A stretch of 64,000 nucleotides of DNA from Mobula hypostoma (Eukaryota): positions 23,994,001-24,058,000 of the forward strand of contig NC_086124.1 in NCBI RefSeq assembly GCF_963921235.1, written 5' to 3'. The notes under the pieces are model-generated. The model searched no databases, was not told the origin of the DNA, and saw only the letters and a program-made list of their open reading frames with translations. Position numbers and translations under genes: made by a program. Shown piece by piece: positions 10,415-23,830 of the stretch (positions are counted from its first letter, which is position 1; every line of letters begins with the position of its first letter).

Positions 10415-13387
10415 TGCACATCACTGTTCCCAGATTCCAATCGGTGACCGGCGAATCGCACGCTGCACATCTAACCGTTCACGTAAAATTCCACTTTGAT
10501 GTTCTCAGTTCCCCAATTATTGTCTTCCCCTGTCGAGCCACTGCGGTCCGTGTGTGACGGAGGGGTTGCTCTCGCTAACACTATGAACCTTAAACGAAAG
10601 GAGCAATTTTAAATAGAGCTGCTAATCCCCAGTGACACAACCAGGCTCCATACTGGCTGCCGTTAATTAACATACATCTACTGTTAACCCCTTCGAATCT
10701 GGATCTCGGGTGCAAAAGGTAAAACGAATTATTAAACAGGATGGTGATGTCCCGGATATATGTCCACCGATCCCGGACATTCGTTCTGCATCATCTAGCA
10801 GGACACAGAATAGTTGCAAGCACGTACCATCAGGCTCAGTAACAGCTTCAATCACCACATTATTAAAATATTCAACCCTTCCCCCTGACGATTAGATGGA
10901 CTCTTGATATTGCAATCTGCCTCGCTCTGACTTTGCAATTTGTTGTCCCCCTGCGCCACACTTTCTCTGTAACTGCAGCACTTTATTCTGCATTATGTCA
11001 TTGTATTACCCGGAAATCAATGCACTGAGGCAATCATTCTTCTCTTTTTTTTTTGAATGAGGAGTATGTAAAACAAGGTTGTTTTCTTTTCCCAGCATCG
11101 GCAAATACAATGAAGTCCCGTGTACCATCAATGTCTCATCGGGCAGGATGCTGCGCAGCGTCCTCACCAGGACCAGCAGTATCTAAAACAGTTACTTTCT
11201 CCAGGCAGTAACTGATCGACACTTATACCGACCAACACATTCCACCATCTCCCCCTCCCACCCAACACCACTACTTTATCATTTCCTATCAGTAAACATG
11301 TAAACAGCCCTTCGAGTCACTTTGTAGACATATCAATCTCTGAATATAAACTATTTATGTATTTATATTTATTGTCCTTTTTATTCCTGTGCTCTTTGCC
11401 CTATTGTGTTTTTTGGCGCTGCAATGGATCCGGAGCAACAACTGTTTCGTTCTCCTTTGCGCTTGTGTAATGGAAATAATATTGAACAATTTTGAATCTT
11501 GAATAAAAAGCCCATTTACTAATTGAACACTCTGCAGTGTGATGGATCAATCGGTTAGGGAGCGGCCTGCAGCTTCTGATGAAAGACTCAGAGGGGATCC
11601 TTTCTTTCGACGGGAGGAGGCTGATGGAAACCTTGCAACTTTGCTCCAGTTAATCTGACGTCACTGCGTCGGCGATGAAGGAGTGGATCATGTTGTATCG
11701 GATGAGTGACAATTCAGAAATTATGCGGTCGAAGTTGCTTTATTTACGAAAGAGATTTGGACCAAATCTGTATGAAAGTTCAACATATAATAAATCCCGT
11801 TTAAACGCCCATCTACTGGATTGAAAGAATGACAATAAACACAGACTGTTGGAGGAGCTCGGCAGGTCAGGCAGCCTATATGGAAGTGAATAAACAGTGG
11901 ACCTTTCGGGTCGAGACCATTCATCAGGACCGAAGAGGAAGGAGGAAAACGCCAGAGTGAAATGGTGGGGAAGGCGATAAGGAATACAGATTGGTGCGTG
12001 ATATTTGTGGCCAAGTGAGCGGGTAAATGGGTGGGTGGGGAAGAGGGATGAAGTAAAGACATTGTACTTGATAGTTGGAACAAATAAGACAAGAGAAGAA
12101 GGAATCTGATAAGAGAGGGGAATAGACCATGGGGGAAATTGAAGGAGGTGGTCACAAGGGGGAGGTGATCTGCTTGTGAGGGAATGAAGGAAGAGTGGTG
12201 TCAGAATGGATAATTGAAGAAAAGGGAAGGGGAGCGCAGAAAATTATCGGAAAACATTAAAACATTGACATTTTTCTTTTTTGCACCTACCATATCAAAA
12301 ATTCTTCCAGGATTAAACCGTTTGGTACATCTGATGTGTTGCGTTCGGATCACATTGCAGGAAAATATAAGCTAGCCTACCAATATTTCGTCATAACCTG
12401 CAAGCCAACAGGTTGCCCAGAGATTCTCCTCCGCACTGCTTTCAATCATCCTGTTCGTTGGTATCCAGAATTACCCACAGTACTCTAAAAGCGGGCAACG
12501 TAATGCTATGCACATGAGAGTGGTGTTGATTAAAGGAACCGCTTTGACTGAATAGTGGAGAAGTCCTGTTGGGCAGAATAGCTTCATTATGATGTTATAA
12601 TTTGTGGGTTCAATACCTCACCCTGGGTCCCTTTCACTTTCCAGTTTTACCCTTTATACTCACAGGTACGCCCTGTCCTTCGCCTGTTGATCACTTTGTT
12701 AACACTCTCTCACTGGCCGTCTCTTCTTTCCGTTCGACTGCTGCTAGTTCTCGACGAAATGTCTGGATATTATCCCTGCTCTAGTTTATGGCCACAACAC
12801 TGTGAACCTTTGTCGCTATTCGCGCCTGTGTTTCCTTTTCTCACAACTCTCCACCCTCTCTATCCTTACCCTCTCTCCTTATCCCTGTCTCTCACTCTCT
12901 CTCTCTCTCGCTGTGCTCCAGACCCCTTTGCTGCGTTGGCATCCATTGTGCGCACACCAGACAGCAGTACAAATGGGGTTCTATGTTGAGGGATGGGTGT
13001 TTACAGCGGCGGTGTGGAGAGGATCGTGTACACGCCGGACTCTAGTGCACTAGGGGCAGTTTTCGGATGTGTCTGTACAGACCGGGCTAGTTAACGATGA
13101 AATTTCTTTTGACACACCTGCCATTGGAAAACATACTTCCGTGATTAATCCCGTCTGTACATTTCATCAACGGATGTATTTCCTTCGGGTCACCTTGCAC
13201 GGAAATTACGATCAACCTGTCCAATAGAGAGAGTCGTGGAGTAATAGAAAAGTACAGCACAGAAAAAGACACTTCGGCCAATCTAGTCTGAGCCGAACCA
13301 ATTAAACTTCTACTCCCCCGACCTACACGCGTATCACAGCCCTCCCTAACCCAGGCATCCGTTTATGTATCCAAGCGTCTCTCAGAT

Positions 13388-14562
13388 CAGAGGTCCCCAA
13401 CCACCGGGCCGCAAAGCACGTGCTACCGGGCCGCGAGGAAACCTTTCCTCATTCCCTGTCACGTACTGTTGAGCCATTACGCATGCGAGGTCATTAACCG
13501 CGCTTCATCCATGTCAGCGCGGGAAGGAGATCAATTCCCCGAGCTTGCAAATGACGGCAGGCTGAAAAGTATGTTTGACATAACATCTCAGCCGACATTC
13601 TGGATCAAAGTCAAGGCTAAATAACCTGAGATAGCCACGAAAGCACTGAAAAATTTGCTTCCATTTCCAAAATTCTCTGCGAAGCGGGCTTTTCTGTAAT
13701 GAATGCAACGAAAACTAAATTGCCAAATAGACTGGACTTAAGGAACCAACTTCGGGTATCGCTGTCTCCCATCACCCCTCGACAGGACCGTCTCCTTGCA
13801 GGGAAACAAGTCCAAGGCTCCCACTGTTTCAGCGATATCGGTGTGTTGCAATGATTCGATATGTTCATACGGGGAAAGTATGCGTTGTGTGTTTAATATC
13901 CAAACGTTACTTAAAATGTCATGATGCTATTGACTTATTTAAGCATATAACACTTACAGCACAGAAACAAATCACCTCTGCCCTTCTAGTCCGTGCCGAA
14001 CGCTTACTCTCACCTAGTCCCAACGACCATCACTCAGCCCACAACCCTCTATTCCTTTCCTGTCCATATATCTATCCATTTTTTCTTTAAATGATAATAT
14101 CGAAACTGCCTCTACCACTTCTACTGGAGTTCGTTCAACACTTACTTCAAGCTCCCCTGTACTCCTCCGATAATTGATTTAACACTATATTCATGCGAGG
14201 AAAATATGCACTGTGTGTTTAATATTAAATTCGCCAGATAAACCCTTTTAGAAAGGAAATTGAGTGTATTAGGCCCTTATTACCGATATTCCGGACGTGG
14301 TTCTCCCGCACCGCCGAACAGAATCGCCAAAAGCAATTTGTCGGGGATAAAAAATCGTCACGTAAACGCATTCGCACTGGTGCCCGCGCAAGGCTTCATT
14401 GTCATTGAAGTCTTTTTCGGGTAAACCCAACGTATTTGTCTGCTACTCTTGTCCGTTGGCAATCCTACCCCCCACCACCACCCCCGCCCCCTGGTCGGCC
14501 GGTCCGCAAGAATATTGTCAATATTAAACCGGTCCGCAGTGCAAAAAGTTTGGGGACCCCTG
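13388..14562 (+). mobile_element. Non-autonomous hAT (Charlie/SPIN-like) element, copy 1
   Basis: Ends cagaggtccccaacc ... gtttggggacccctg (TIRs). Carries a decayed transposase C-terminus (FDITSxPTFWIKVKAK.PEIATKALK, CEAGFS) and an internal CR1 3' fragment. Confidence 0.85.
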
Positions 14563-15014
14563 ATCGATTGTAGTGCTTTGCTGTTTGAAAGAAGATTCCA
14601 GGAAGTGAGTGCAAGCTCGAACGGCCTTAAAGTGAAACAGTTTAGAGGTGGTGCGCCAGCCAATGATAGACTCCATTTCGCCGATTAAAGCATCGAGGAC
14701 GATTGAAATCAAGGCGAGTGCAGAAAGTGAGTGAGGGTTTAAAACTGACTGCTGTTTGATCGCAGGGACGGATCTCTCTGTTGTCAGATGAGTTGTGTAG
14801 TACCTTTCACTCACTGTTGCCGGAGGGTAGGCCTCTGTGTTTTAGTGGTCTCTCTATCTCTATCTCTATCTCAAAGACAAATCTCAGAGTTGCATACTGT
14901 GTACATAATTTAATAATAAATAAAGCTATGAACGATTGTTGATGCCTGACGGGGCGATTTGGGTATCTCAGAGAATGTTGAACTCATGGGATTATCAGGC
15001 ACGAGTCTCTAGAG

Positions 15015-16208
15015 CAGGAGTCTCCAAACTGTTTTGCACTACGACCGGTTTAATATTGACAATAATCTTGCGGACCGGCCGACCGGGGCGGGGGACGGGT
15101 AGGGTTGCCAACGGACAAGAGTAGCAGTCAAATACGTTGTGTTTACCCCGAGAAAGATTTCAATGGCCATGAAGCCTTGTGCGAGCACCAGTGCGCATGT
15201 ATCTACGTGCAGATGTTTTTTCTTCCCTACAAATTCTTTTTGGCGATTCTGTTCGGGGGATTGGGCGTTTGTTAACCACGACCGGAATATCGGTAATAAC
15301 TGCATAATACACTCAACTTTCTTTTTAAAAGGTTTTATCTAATGAATTTAATATTAAACACACAGCACATATTTTCCTCGGATGAATTCAGTGATAAGTC
15401 AATTATCAGGGGAGGACAGGAGAGCGTGAAGTAAGTATTGAACGAACATTCAGTAGAAGTGGTAGAGGCAGGTTCGATATTACCATTTAAAGAAAAATTG
15501 GATGGGTGTATGGGTAGGAAAGGAATTGCGGGTTGTGGACTGAGTGCAGATCGGTGGGACTAGGTGAGAGTAGCGTTCAGAGCGGGCTAGAAGGGCAGAA
15601 ATGGCCTGTTTCCGTGCTGTAATTGTTATATGGTTACATAAGTCAATAGCATCATAACATTTTAAGTAACGTTTGGATATTAAACACACAGCACATATTT
15701 TCCCCGTATAAACATATAAAATCATTGCAACACACCGATATCGCTGAATCAGTGGGAGCCTTGGACTTGTTTCCCTGCAAGGAGACTGTCCTGTCATAGG
15801 GTGATGGGAGACAGCGATGCTCGAAGGGGGTTCCTTATGTCCAGTCTATTCCGCAATTTGGTTTTCGTTGCATTCATTGCAGAAAAGCCGGCTTCGCAAG
15901 AGATATTTTGGAAAAGGAAGAAGTGTTTTCAGTGCTTTCGTTCCTATCTCAGGATATTTAGCCTTGGCTTTGATCCAGAATGTCGGCAGAGATGTTATGT
16001 CAAACATACTTTTTCGCCCGCCGTCTATTGCAAGCTCAGGGAGTTGATCTCCTTCCCGCGATGACATGGACGATGCACAGTTAATGACCTCGCATGCGTA
16101 ATGGCTCAACAGTGCGTGACAGGGAATGAGGAAAGGTTTCCTCGCGGCCCGGTAGCACATGCTTTGCGGCCAGGTACCGGTCCGCGGCTCGGGGGTTGGG
16201 GACCGCTG
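15015..16208 (-). mobile_element. Non-autonomous hAT (Charlie/SPIN-like) element, copy 2, inverted
   Basis: Begins caggagtctccaaact and ends ggttggggaccgctg. Left flank ctctagag fits the NTCTAGAN Charlie target preference. ORF 15846-16160 carries the transposase dimerisation fragment. A third partial copy follows at ~16230-16370. Confidence 0.85.
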
Positions 16209-16369
16209 GCCAAAATAAAATTCGAGTGAGCGGAGGGGAATCTACACGTAAACGCATATGCACTGGTGCCCGCGCAAGGCTTCATGGACATTGAAGTCTT
16301 TCTCGGTGTAAACACAACGTATTTGACTGCTATTCTTGTCCATTGGCAACCCTACTCCCCACAACCACC

Positions 16370-19300
16370 TGCGCCCCGCCCCTAATGCGAGCGTGGGCCT
16401 GGCACGTGCATTCTTTTGGCCGGCGAGAAAAATTGATCGATTTTTAATCAGAAAACGAGCTCATCCAGAGGAATCAGTGGTGTCTCTGCCTGAGCCTGTC
16501 TTAATTGAAAGTGCCATGCAGAAAGAAGTAAGTGGGGATGAGGACGACAGCAGTTCATCGAAGGAGTGTGAGGGCGAAGTAGCAGAAAAAGAAATGGAGC
16601 GGGATTCGGAAGTGAACGTGGATGAAGCTGCTCTTAGTGCGAGTGGAAATACTGTTAGCGATGTTAGCCAGCAGCCTGAGGATGGACCCCGTCGGCCAGA
16701 ATTGAAAAAGTACCCTTCGCAACAGTTTGGCAATCACAAAGGAGTATTCATAGCTGGTCTGACCTGTACTCCTTGCTGGAATATTCAATCCCAAAAGATG
16801 CTACATGCTGCTTCGCATGCAGACATTTCCTCTGTAGAGAACCTGGGTTCTATTCTGAGTCTACCTTCACTGTCACCAATTACCGCAACTGGCGGAAAGC
16901 TGCAACAGCTTTCAAAACCCACCACCTAAGTGCAGCTCATAAGTTGGCTATGGAGGCATGGGGCGAATTCAGATTCAGAAAACAAGACGGTTCAAGATTG
17001 GGAAATATGCTGATAAAAGACATGCAAACATTGCCCGAGGAAGTCGTGAGTATATGTGAGCAGTGGTTGAGTCTCTACGCTATACTGCGTGCCAAGGCAT
17101 TGCCCAGCGAGTTTACCGGGAGAATGATGGATCTGGCATTAGGGGAAACTTTGTTGAGTTGCTCAGTGTAATTGGGAAGTTTGATAAGACTGTAGCTAAA
17201 AAAAAGAATAGAGGACAATCCTGGAAATGCAAAAAACACCCATCACCATATCCAAAATGAAATTATGAGTATTATGGCAGATATGGTCGAACGTCAAATA
17301 AGTGCAGAAATCCAGGAGGCTGGATATTTTGCCAGCATGGTGGATGAAAGTAAGGACTTGAGTAAAAAGGAGCAAGTATCAGTGGTGGTGCGGTATTTGA
17401 ATAAAGAAACAGTGCTTGAAGAATTCTTGCACCTCTCTCCAGCAGAAGGGTTGGACGCAGAGTCGCTTCTTAAAAGCATTGAACAGACGCTCGCCCAGTG
17501 TGTTATTGATAAGAACGCGTGTATAGGTCAGTGTTATGACGGGGCGGCAGTGATGTCCAGATGCAATAACGGGGTACAAGAGAGGCATTATATATACACT
17601 GCCATGCTCACAGACTTACCCTTGTTTTAGTGGATGTTGTGAGCAATGTACCAGAAGCGGGTGAGTTTTTTGAAACTGTGCAGCTGCTTTACAACTTCTT
17701 TTCAAACTCTGTTGCCCACGATATTTTCATGAAGAAACAGAGAGAATTGGAATCAACTGCACAGCCCGTGGAGTTGAAGAAATTGCCAGATACACACTGG
17801 GCATGGCGGTATACAGCTTTGTGGGCTATAAGGAAATCACTCTCTGCCATTCCAGCTACACTACAGGATATTACCGGTCAACCAAGTGCACGGAAGAAAA
17901 CGGAGGCCAGAGCTTTAAATGGACTGATTGACTCGCAGTTTGCTTTACTTCTCACTCTGTTTGAGGATTTATTCCGAGTCACCAAGTTCATGTCATACCA
18001 GCTACAATCTCCCAGTTTGGAGCTTTCATCCGCTGTGGACTTGGCTCAGTCTGTTATCTCTGCACTCTCAGCAAAACGGGGAGAAGAATCATGCAGTGAA
18101 ATTCAGACAAGAGCTAGGGACCTGTCCGTCAAGGCCGGTATACAGAGCAGAGCACATGAAAGGAGACGGGCCCAGCCACACCGCCGCCTACATCATTTTA
18201 TTGTTGAGGCCCAAACTGAACGCACACCTGTCACATCCTATGATGACCTTCGTAGCCACAGTTTCTATCCAGTTATAGACAGACTTCTGACTGAAATGGA
18301 AAGGCGGTTCTCAATTGAGACTGGGGGTGTTCTGACTGGAGTCTTGGCATCGATTCCCAAACATAAGTTCTTCCTGGACAAGAATTGTCTTTGGCCAATG
18401 GCCCAATATTATGGAGTGACTGAAGTGAACCTCACTGCAGAGCTACATCAGGTTCGGCATCTGCTGGAAACAAAACAAAAGGAAGGACAGACAATGAATG
18501 ACACAGTGGAATTTCTAGCTCTAATGAGACCCGACGGCGATGCATTTATAGATTTATACAAACTAATCTGCATATCACTGACTCTGCCTGTTACATCTGC
18601 TTTATGCGAACGGAGTTTCTTTTGCCTCAGACGCATCGAAAACTACTGAAGGAACAGCAGCGGCGATGCTCGGAACAGCAACTTGGCTCTGTTGGCCATA
18701 AACAGCCGGAGGACCAAAGCACGTGACATCCAGAAAATCATTGATGCTTTCGCCACCAATCACAAGAACAGACGGATTTTGCTTGTCTGAAAATATTAAT
18801 GGTGAGTGCAGTTGATTTTTTCAAAATTTGGGCCAAGACTAATGCTGATTATTATTATTATTTTGTGGTGGATACCCCATAGTCCTTATCTTTCCTGCAG
18901 ATCCTAAAATATTACTTTCATTGCTATTAAGCCTATTTGTTTTGCCTAGACTTCCAAACGGTGATTCTGTTGATTTTTGTTTTAAATTCAGTAGCCGAAC
19001 TAATTGAGGTATTGCATGGTCAGACTACGATTTGTCCAACGCCTAGTAAAGCCTTGCGTCTGTTATTTGCCTTATTTGACTTTAATAACGGTGTATCGTT
19101 TGGCATTGCTGTCTATGTAATGCGATTAGCAGTGGGTTAGTTTTGTGTTTTTCAGTTGAAAAGCACGCATTAGACGCTGATTGCGTGATTGGTGCGTGAT
19201 TCACGTTGTCCGCTGTTGCTCGGATACTGTTTGTTTTTTTTTCTTTGTTTGTGCTCCGTGTAGCCCAGGTTGTCCTCGATGCCGTGTGACACTGTAAAAG

Positions 19301-19509
19301 TTCACTTCTATATTAGATCTATCAATTGCTTTTGCTTGTGAATCAATAGAGGCATTTACAGTAGGCACATAATGCTTGAAACGGACTTTTTAACGCCACG
19401 CGTCTGGCCTTGCGAATACATATTACCATACAGTGCATCCCTCAGCACCATTACTGAATCATTCAGCCCCTCCGCAGCACCAGCAAGAAAAATTCTCGCG
19501 CCGTCACTG
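16370..19509 (+). mobile_element. Decayed hAT transposon (Tip100/Zaphod/ZMYM1-like transposase), 5' end truncated
   Basis: Frameshifted ORFs 16336-18790 give a TTF-type zinc finger (LEYSIPKDATCCFACRHF), GNFVELL, YFASMVDESKDLSKKEQVSVVVRY, CYDGAAVMS, LKKLPDTHW and LPVTSALCERSF. Right TIR-like end ...ttctcgcgccgtcactg at 19509. Confidence 0.9.
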
Positions 19510-19639
19510 ACGAGGCGCATTTGATGGGTCTGGGCCTGTACTCACTGGAGTTTTGAAGAATGAAGGGAGATCCTATGAAATATTAGAAGTCCTAGATAGA
19601 GTGGACAAGGAGAGGATGTTTCCTATACCCGGGCCTTAG

Positions 19640-20775
19640 CACTCAGATCTGCAGCTGGATCTTCAACTTCCTCACAGACAGAACCCAGGCTGTAAGAATA
19701 GAGGACAAGGTCTCCTCTACAATCACTCTGAGCACCGGTGCCCCACAAGGCTGTGTACTCAGCACCCTGCTGTACTCACTGTTCACCCATGATTGTGTAG
19801 CCAAGATTCCATCAAACTCAATAGATAAGTTTGCTGATGACACAACAATTGTAGGCCGTATCTCAGGTAATGATGAGTTTGAATACAGAGAGGAAATTAA
19901 GAACCTGGTGGCATGGTGCGAAGATAATAACCTATCCCTCAATGTCAGCAAGACGAAAGCATTGGCTGTTGAATTCGGAAGAGTTGCAGACCGCACGTCC
20001 CAATTTCCATCCGTGGTGTGCAAGTGGAACAGGTCAAAAGCTTTAAGTTCCTCGGGGTCAATATCACAAATAACCTGACTTGGTCCAACCAAGCAGAGTT
20101 CACTGCCAAGAAGGCCCACCAGCGCCTTTACTTCCTGAGAAAACTAAAGAAATTTGGCCTGTCTCCTAAAACCCTCACTAATTTTTATAGATGCACCGTA
20201 GAAAGTATTCTTCTCGGGTACATCACAACCTGGTACGGAAGTTGTCCTGTCCAAGACCGAAAGAAGCTGCAGAAGATCTTGAACACGCCGCAGCGCATCA
20301 CACAAACCAATCTTCCGTCCTTGGACTCACTTTACCCCGCACGCTGTCGGAGCAGTGCTGCCAGGGTAACAAAGGACACGACCCACCCAGCCAACATACT
20401 TTTTTCGTCCCTCTTCCTTCCGGGAGAAGGCTCAGGAGCTTGAAGACTCGTACGGCCAGATTTGGGAACAGCTTCTTTCCAACTGTGGTAAGACTGCTGA
20501 ACAGATCCTGACCCGGATCTGGGCCGTACCCTCCAAATATCCGGACCTGCTTCTCGGTTTTTTTGCACTGCCTTACTTCCTGTTTTTCTATTTTCTATTT
20601 ATGATTTATAATTTAAATTTTTAATATTTACTCATTTTAACTATTTTTACTATATTAAATATTTAATATTTGTGATCCAGGGAGTGTGAAGCGCAGAATC
20701 AAATATCGCTGTGATGATTTTACGTTCTAGCACCAATTGTTTAGCGACAAACAAGTATAAAGTATAAGTATGAGC
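19640..20775 (+). mobile_element. 5'-truncated Rex1/Babar-like LINE (RT C-terminal half) inserted in a CR1 fragment
   Basis: Translates as [42 protein letters not shown], then KKAHQRLYFLRKLKKF..FYRCTVESIL. Short repeat tail near 20755-20775. CR1 sequence resumes at ~20790. Confidence 0.88.
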
Positions 20776-21514
20776 ATAAGTGTATGTATAGGAGGGGAGT
20801 CCAGGACAAGAGAGCACAGCCTTATAATAGAAAGATGTCCATTTAAAACAGAGATGAGGAGGAATTTCTTTAGCCGGAGGCTGGTGAATCTGCAGAATTT
20901 GTTGAGTTCTGTTCATTTGGGATATATAATTATTTAAGACGCATGCGCACTCTCCTAGTTATACGCGTGCACGCGGAAGGAGGAAGACGAACTGTGGGAT
21001 GTAAAGCTGGCGGCCTTGGGTATTGAACAGAGGCATACAAAGTAAAGTGGTTTAAACAAAAGGAAAATGTGTCTTTGCTGTTTGGCCGTTATCAGTGGTA
21101 GCGGTGGACGTTTACCATCTATCGACCTCTGGGATATGAGCCCTGCGCACTACTGAGTATGTTTGAAGCAGAGGTCGATAGGTTCTTGATTGGAAAGAAC
21201 ATCAAAGGTTACGGGGAGAAGTCAGGAGACTGGGGTTCAGCGAGACAATGAATCTGTCACGATGGAATCCCAGAGTAGACTTGATGAGCCAAATGGCCCA
21301 ATTCTGCTCTTAGCGCTTATGGTTTTATGGTATCGAAGCTGTCTGACTTGATTCTCACAATTGACAGCAGAGAGGATGAGAGAGGTCTTGAGCAGTTGGG
21401 ACTTGCTTCTGGACAGAAACGGGCCACGATGGATTCTGTGTCAAGTTGACATCAGTGAGAATACGGTGGTGTTGAAGGGGTCAGGCGACATTTCTCCAAC
21501 TTGCCCGTTCTTAC

Positions 21515-21784
21515 CTAGAGGTATCATGAGCTTCCCACTGACAGCCTCGTGTTCCATCTGACAGACGTACCCCTGGCTGTCTCCATCCAGGGGACGGACA
21601 CTCCTAACTTGAAAGGTTCCATTGCTTTGAGGGACAACGTTGGTCGTGTCTGATCCATTGTCAGCGACTTCCCCGTTTCTGACCCAGTGCACTTTAATGT
21701 CCCGGGAGAAGAAGTTCTTGGCCGTGAACACCAGATATATTTGGCCCCGTTTCTTCTGTGTCAAGGCTCTAGTATAGGTAGGAA
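21515..21784 (-). pseudogene. MHC-like Ig C1 exon (class I alpha3 / WB beta2 type), copy B, open but missing the B-strand Cys
   Basis: Same 270-nt phase-1/phase-1 exon, acceptor ttccttcacAG, donor GTAAGA. Reads xPTYTRALTQKKRGQIYLVFTAKNFFSRDIKVHWVRNG...YVCQMEHEAVSGKLMIPL. TGC>TTC (Cys>Phe) at 21728-21726 and FFP>FFS. Confidence 0.8.
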
Positions 21785-23289
21785 CTGTGAAGGAATTGGA
21801 GAACAGTGTATGGGTTCAAAGTAGCTTAGCTCTCTTGTGACTGGACGGTATGGACAGAACTTCACCCTGTGTCGGACCCCGCGAGTACGTGATAGCACAG
21901 TGTACAGGGGGCTTCAGTCTGTGTCTGACCACAGGAGTGGTAGATTGTGACATCAAGAGTCCATTTTATCATACGACAGAACCACTTAATACTTTTATAA
22001 CAGCGGGGAGAAGCTGTCCGTAAGCCTGGTGGGATGTCCTTTCAGGCTTTTGTACCTTCTGCCCGATAGGAGAGGGGAGAAGTGAGAATCTCTAGGGGTG
22101 GGTGGGATCTCTCATCATTCTGGCTGCTGTACTCAGGCAGCGAGATTTCTATTGAGGGGACGCTGGTTTCCGTGATGTGCTGAGATGTGTCCATGGCTCT
22201 CCGCTGTCTCTTGTGGTCACGGGCAGAGCAGTTGCCGCACTGAGCGTTTATGGATCTGGAGAGCGAGCAGATGGCACGTTCTGACCGGCTGATCCGCTAT
22301 ACTGCCGGGAACTCTGCACCTCTGGCCCGTACCACTGAACGGACCGAGCGTGGGCGACACCTCACACATACACAGACAAGCAAATATTAAACTCCACCCT
22401 TTAAAGCCGCCAAGATCTTATATAAGGCAATAGGATATAGGACCAGAATCCAACCATTCAGTCGATCGAGTCTGCTCTGCTGTTCCACAATGGCTGATTT
22501 ATTATCCCTCTCAACCTCACTCTGCAGCTTTCTCCCAACTTTGTTTTTGCTAATCAAGAGCCGATTGGCCTCCACTTTAAATCTCCCCAATGACTTGGCC
22601 TCCACAGCGTTTGTGGCAATGAATTCCACACATTCACCACTCACTGGCTAAAGAAATTCCTCCTCACCTCTGTTCTAAAAGGATGTCCCTCTATTCTGAG
22701 GCTGTGCCCTCTGGTCCTAATCTCCCCCGTTATAGGAAACGTCCTCTCCACATCCACTCTATCCGGGCCTTTCAATATTTGACAGATTTCAGTGAGATCT
22801 CTCCTCATTAATTAAAATCCAGCGAGCTCGTGCCCAGACTATTAAACACTCCTGTGTTGGTGCCTGTGTTGTGACTAAGAACTGAGCACACCCCGACTTT
22901 CCCTTTGGCTAGAAGTGTTTAGTTCCATGCCAGTCACAGGATAATTCAGTGAGCAAGAAATTGACAGATGGAGAATAATGGTGGGAAAGTACGTGGTTAT
23001 CCATGTCACAGTGAAGAATGGGAAAGTAATTTTTGCAAGATGTCCCAGTGCAAGGGACTAGTATATGGAACTTGAAAAGTTAGTTTGCAGATACAGTAAG
23101 TAATTACAAAATCGCCCTCGCCCCCGGCCCCACACTTCCCCCGGAGAACCATGTCCTGACTAGCAGCATCAACTGGTCCGGGAACTGCACTACCGCAGGT
23201 CACAAGATCCGACATTTATGTAGTGAGGACTGCTGATGAAATCACCGAGGTCTCCAGTGTGCATTTAATATTTCAATAATACTGGCGTA

Positions 23290-23520
23290 ATCTTGGATAT
23301 ATATATATATATAGTTTGATTAAGCATTCTTGTTCATTTAAATAATTAATTTCTGGTTATACGCTTCTATGTGCAAACAAATCTCAAGATTCTATAATTC
23401 ATACGTTCCTTGACAATAAATGCAATTAGAAACTTGAAATGTAAAAGTACGTGAATTATATACGTCATCACGCGATCACATGATACATGGGGGCCTCGCT
23501 TAAAGTTGGACCCACATCTT
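23290..23520 (+). mobile_element. Solo LTR-like repeat (Gypsy-associated)
   Basis: tgattaagcattctt..aaataattaatt..cgtcatcac..cacatgata..cttaaagt is shared with ~54490-54715 (directly upstream of gag remnants) and ~62330-62480. Confidence 0.55.
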
Positions 23521-23559
23521 TTTTAATTAGTTTAATTAGTTGAGATACAAAGTATAACA

Positions 23560-23830
23560 TCTCAGTCTCCCTCTTTTCCTCCCCCTACCCTCTCCTCCTC
23601 CTCCCCCTCTCTCATCTCCCTCTCCCCCTCTCTCCTCTCCCCTCTCCCCTCGCCCCCTCCCCTCCCCCTCTCCCTCTCCCTCCCCGTGCTCTCTCAGTCT
23701 ACCCGCTCTCCCTTTCCACCACCTTGCTCTCTACCCTCTCTCTCACTTTCTCTCCCCCCCCCTTTCTCTCTCCTCCGTCTCTCCTTATCTCTTTCCCTCT
23801 CTCTCTCCCTCTCTCTCTCCCCCCAATCCC
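23560..23830 (+). repeat. Polypyrimidine (CT-rich) low-complexity tract
   Basis: About 270 nt almost entirely C/T. Confidence 0.9.

Noticed and set aside
12920-13250. Possible decayed exon (plus: IVRTPDSS / IVYTPDSS repeat; minus: C2H2-like VCQKKFHR..VQTH)
   Set aside because: Multiple stops in each frame, incomplete zinc ligands, and no second supporting exon.
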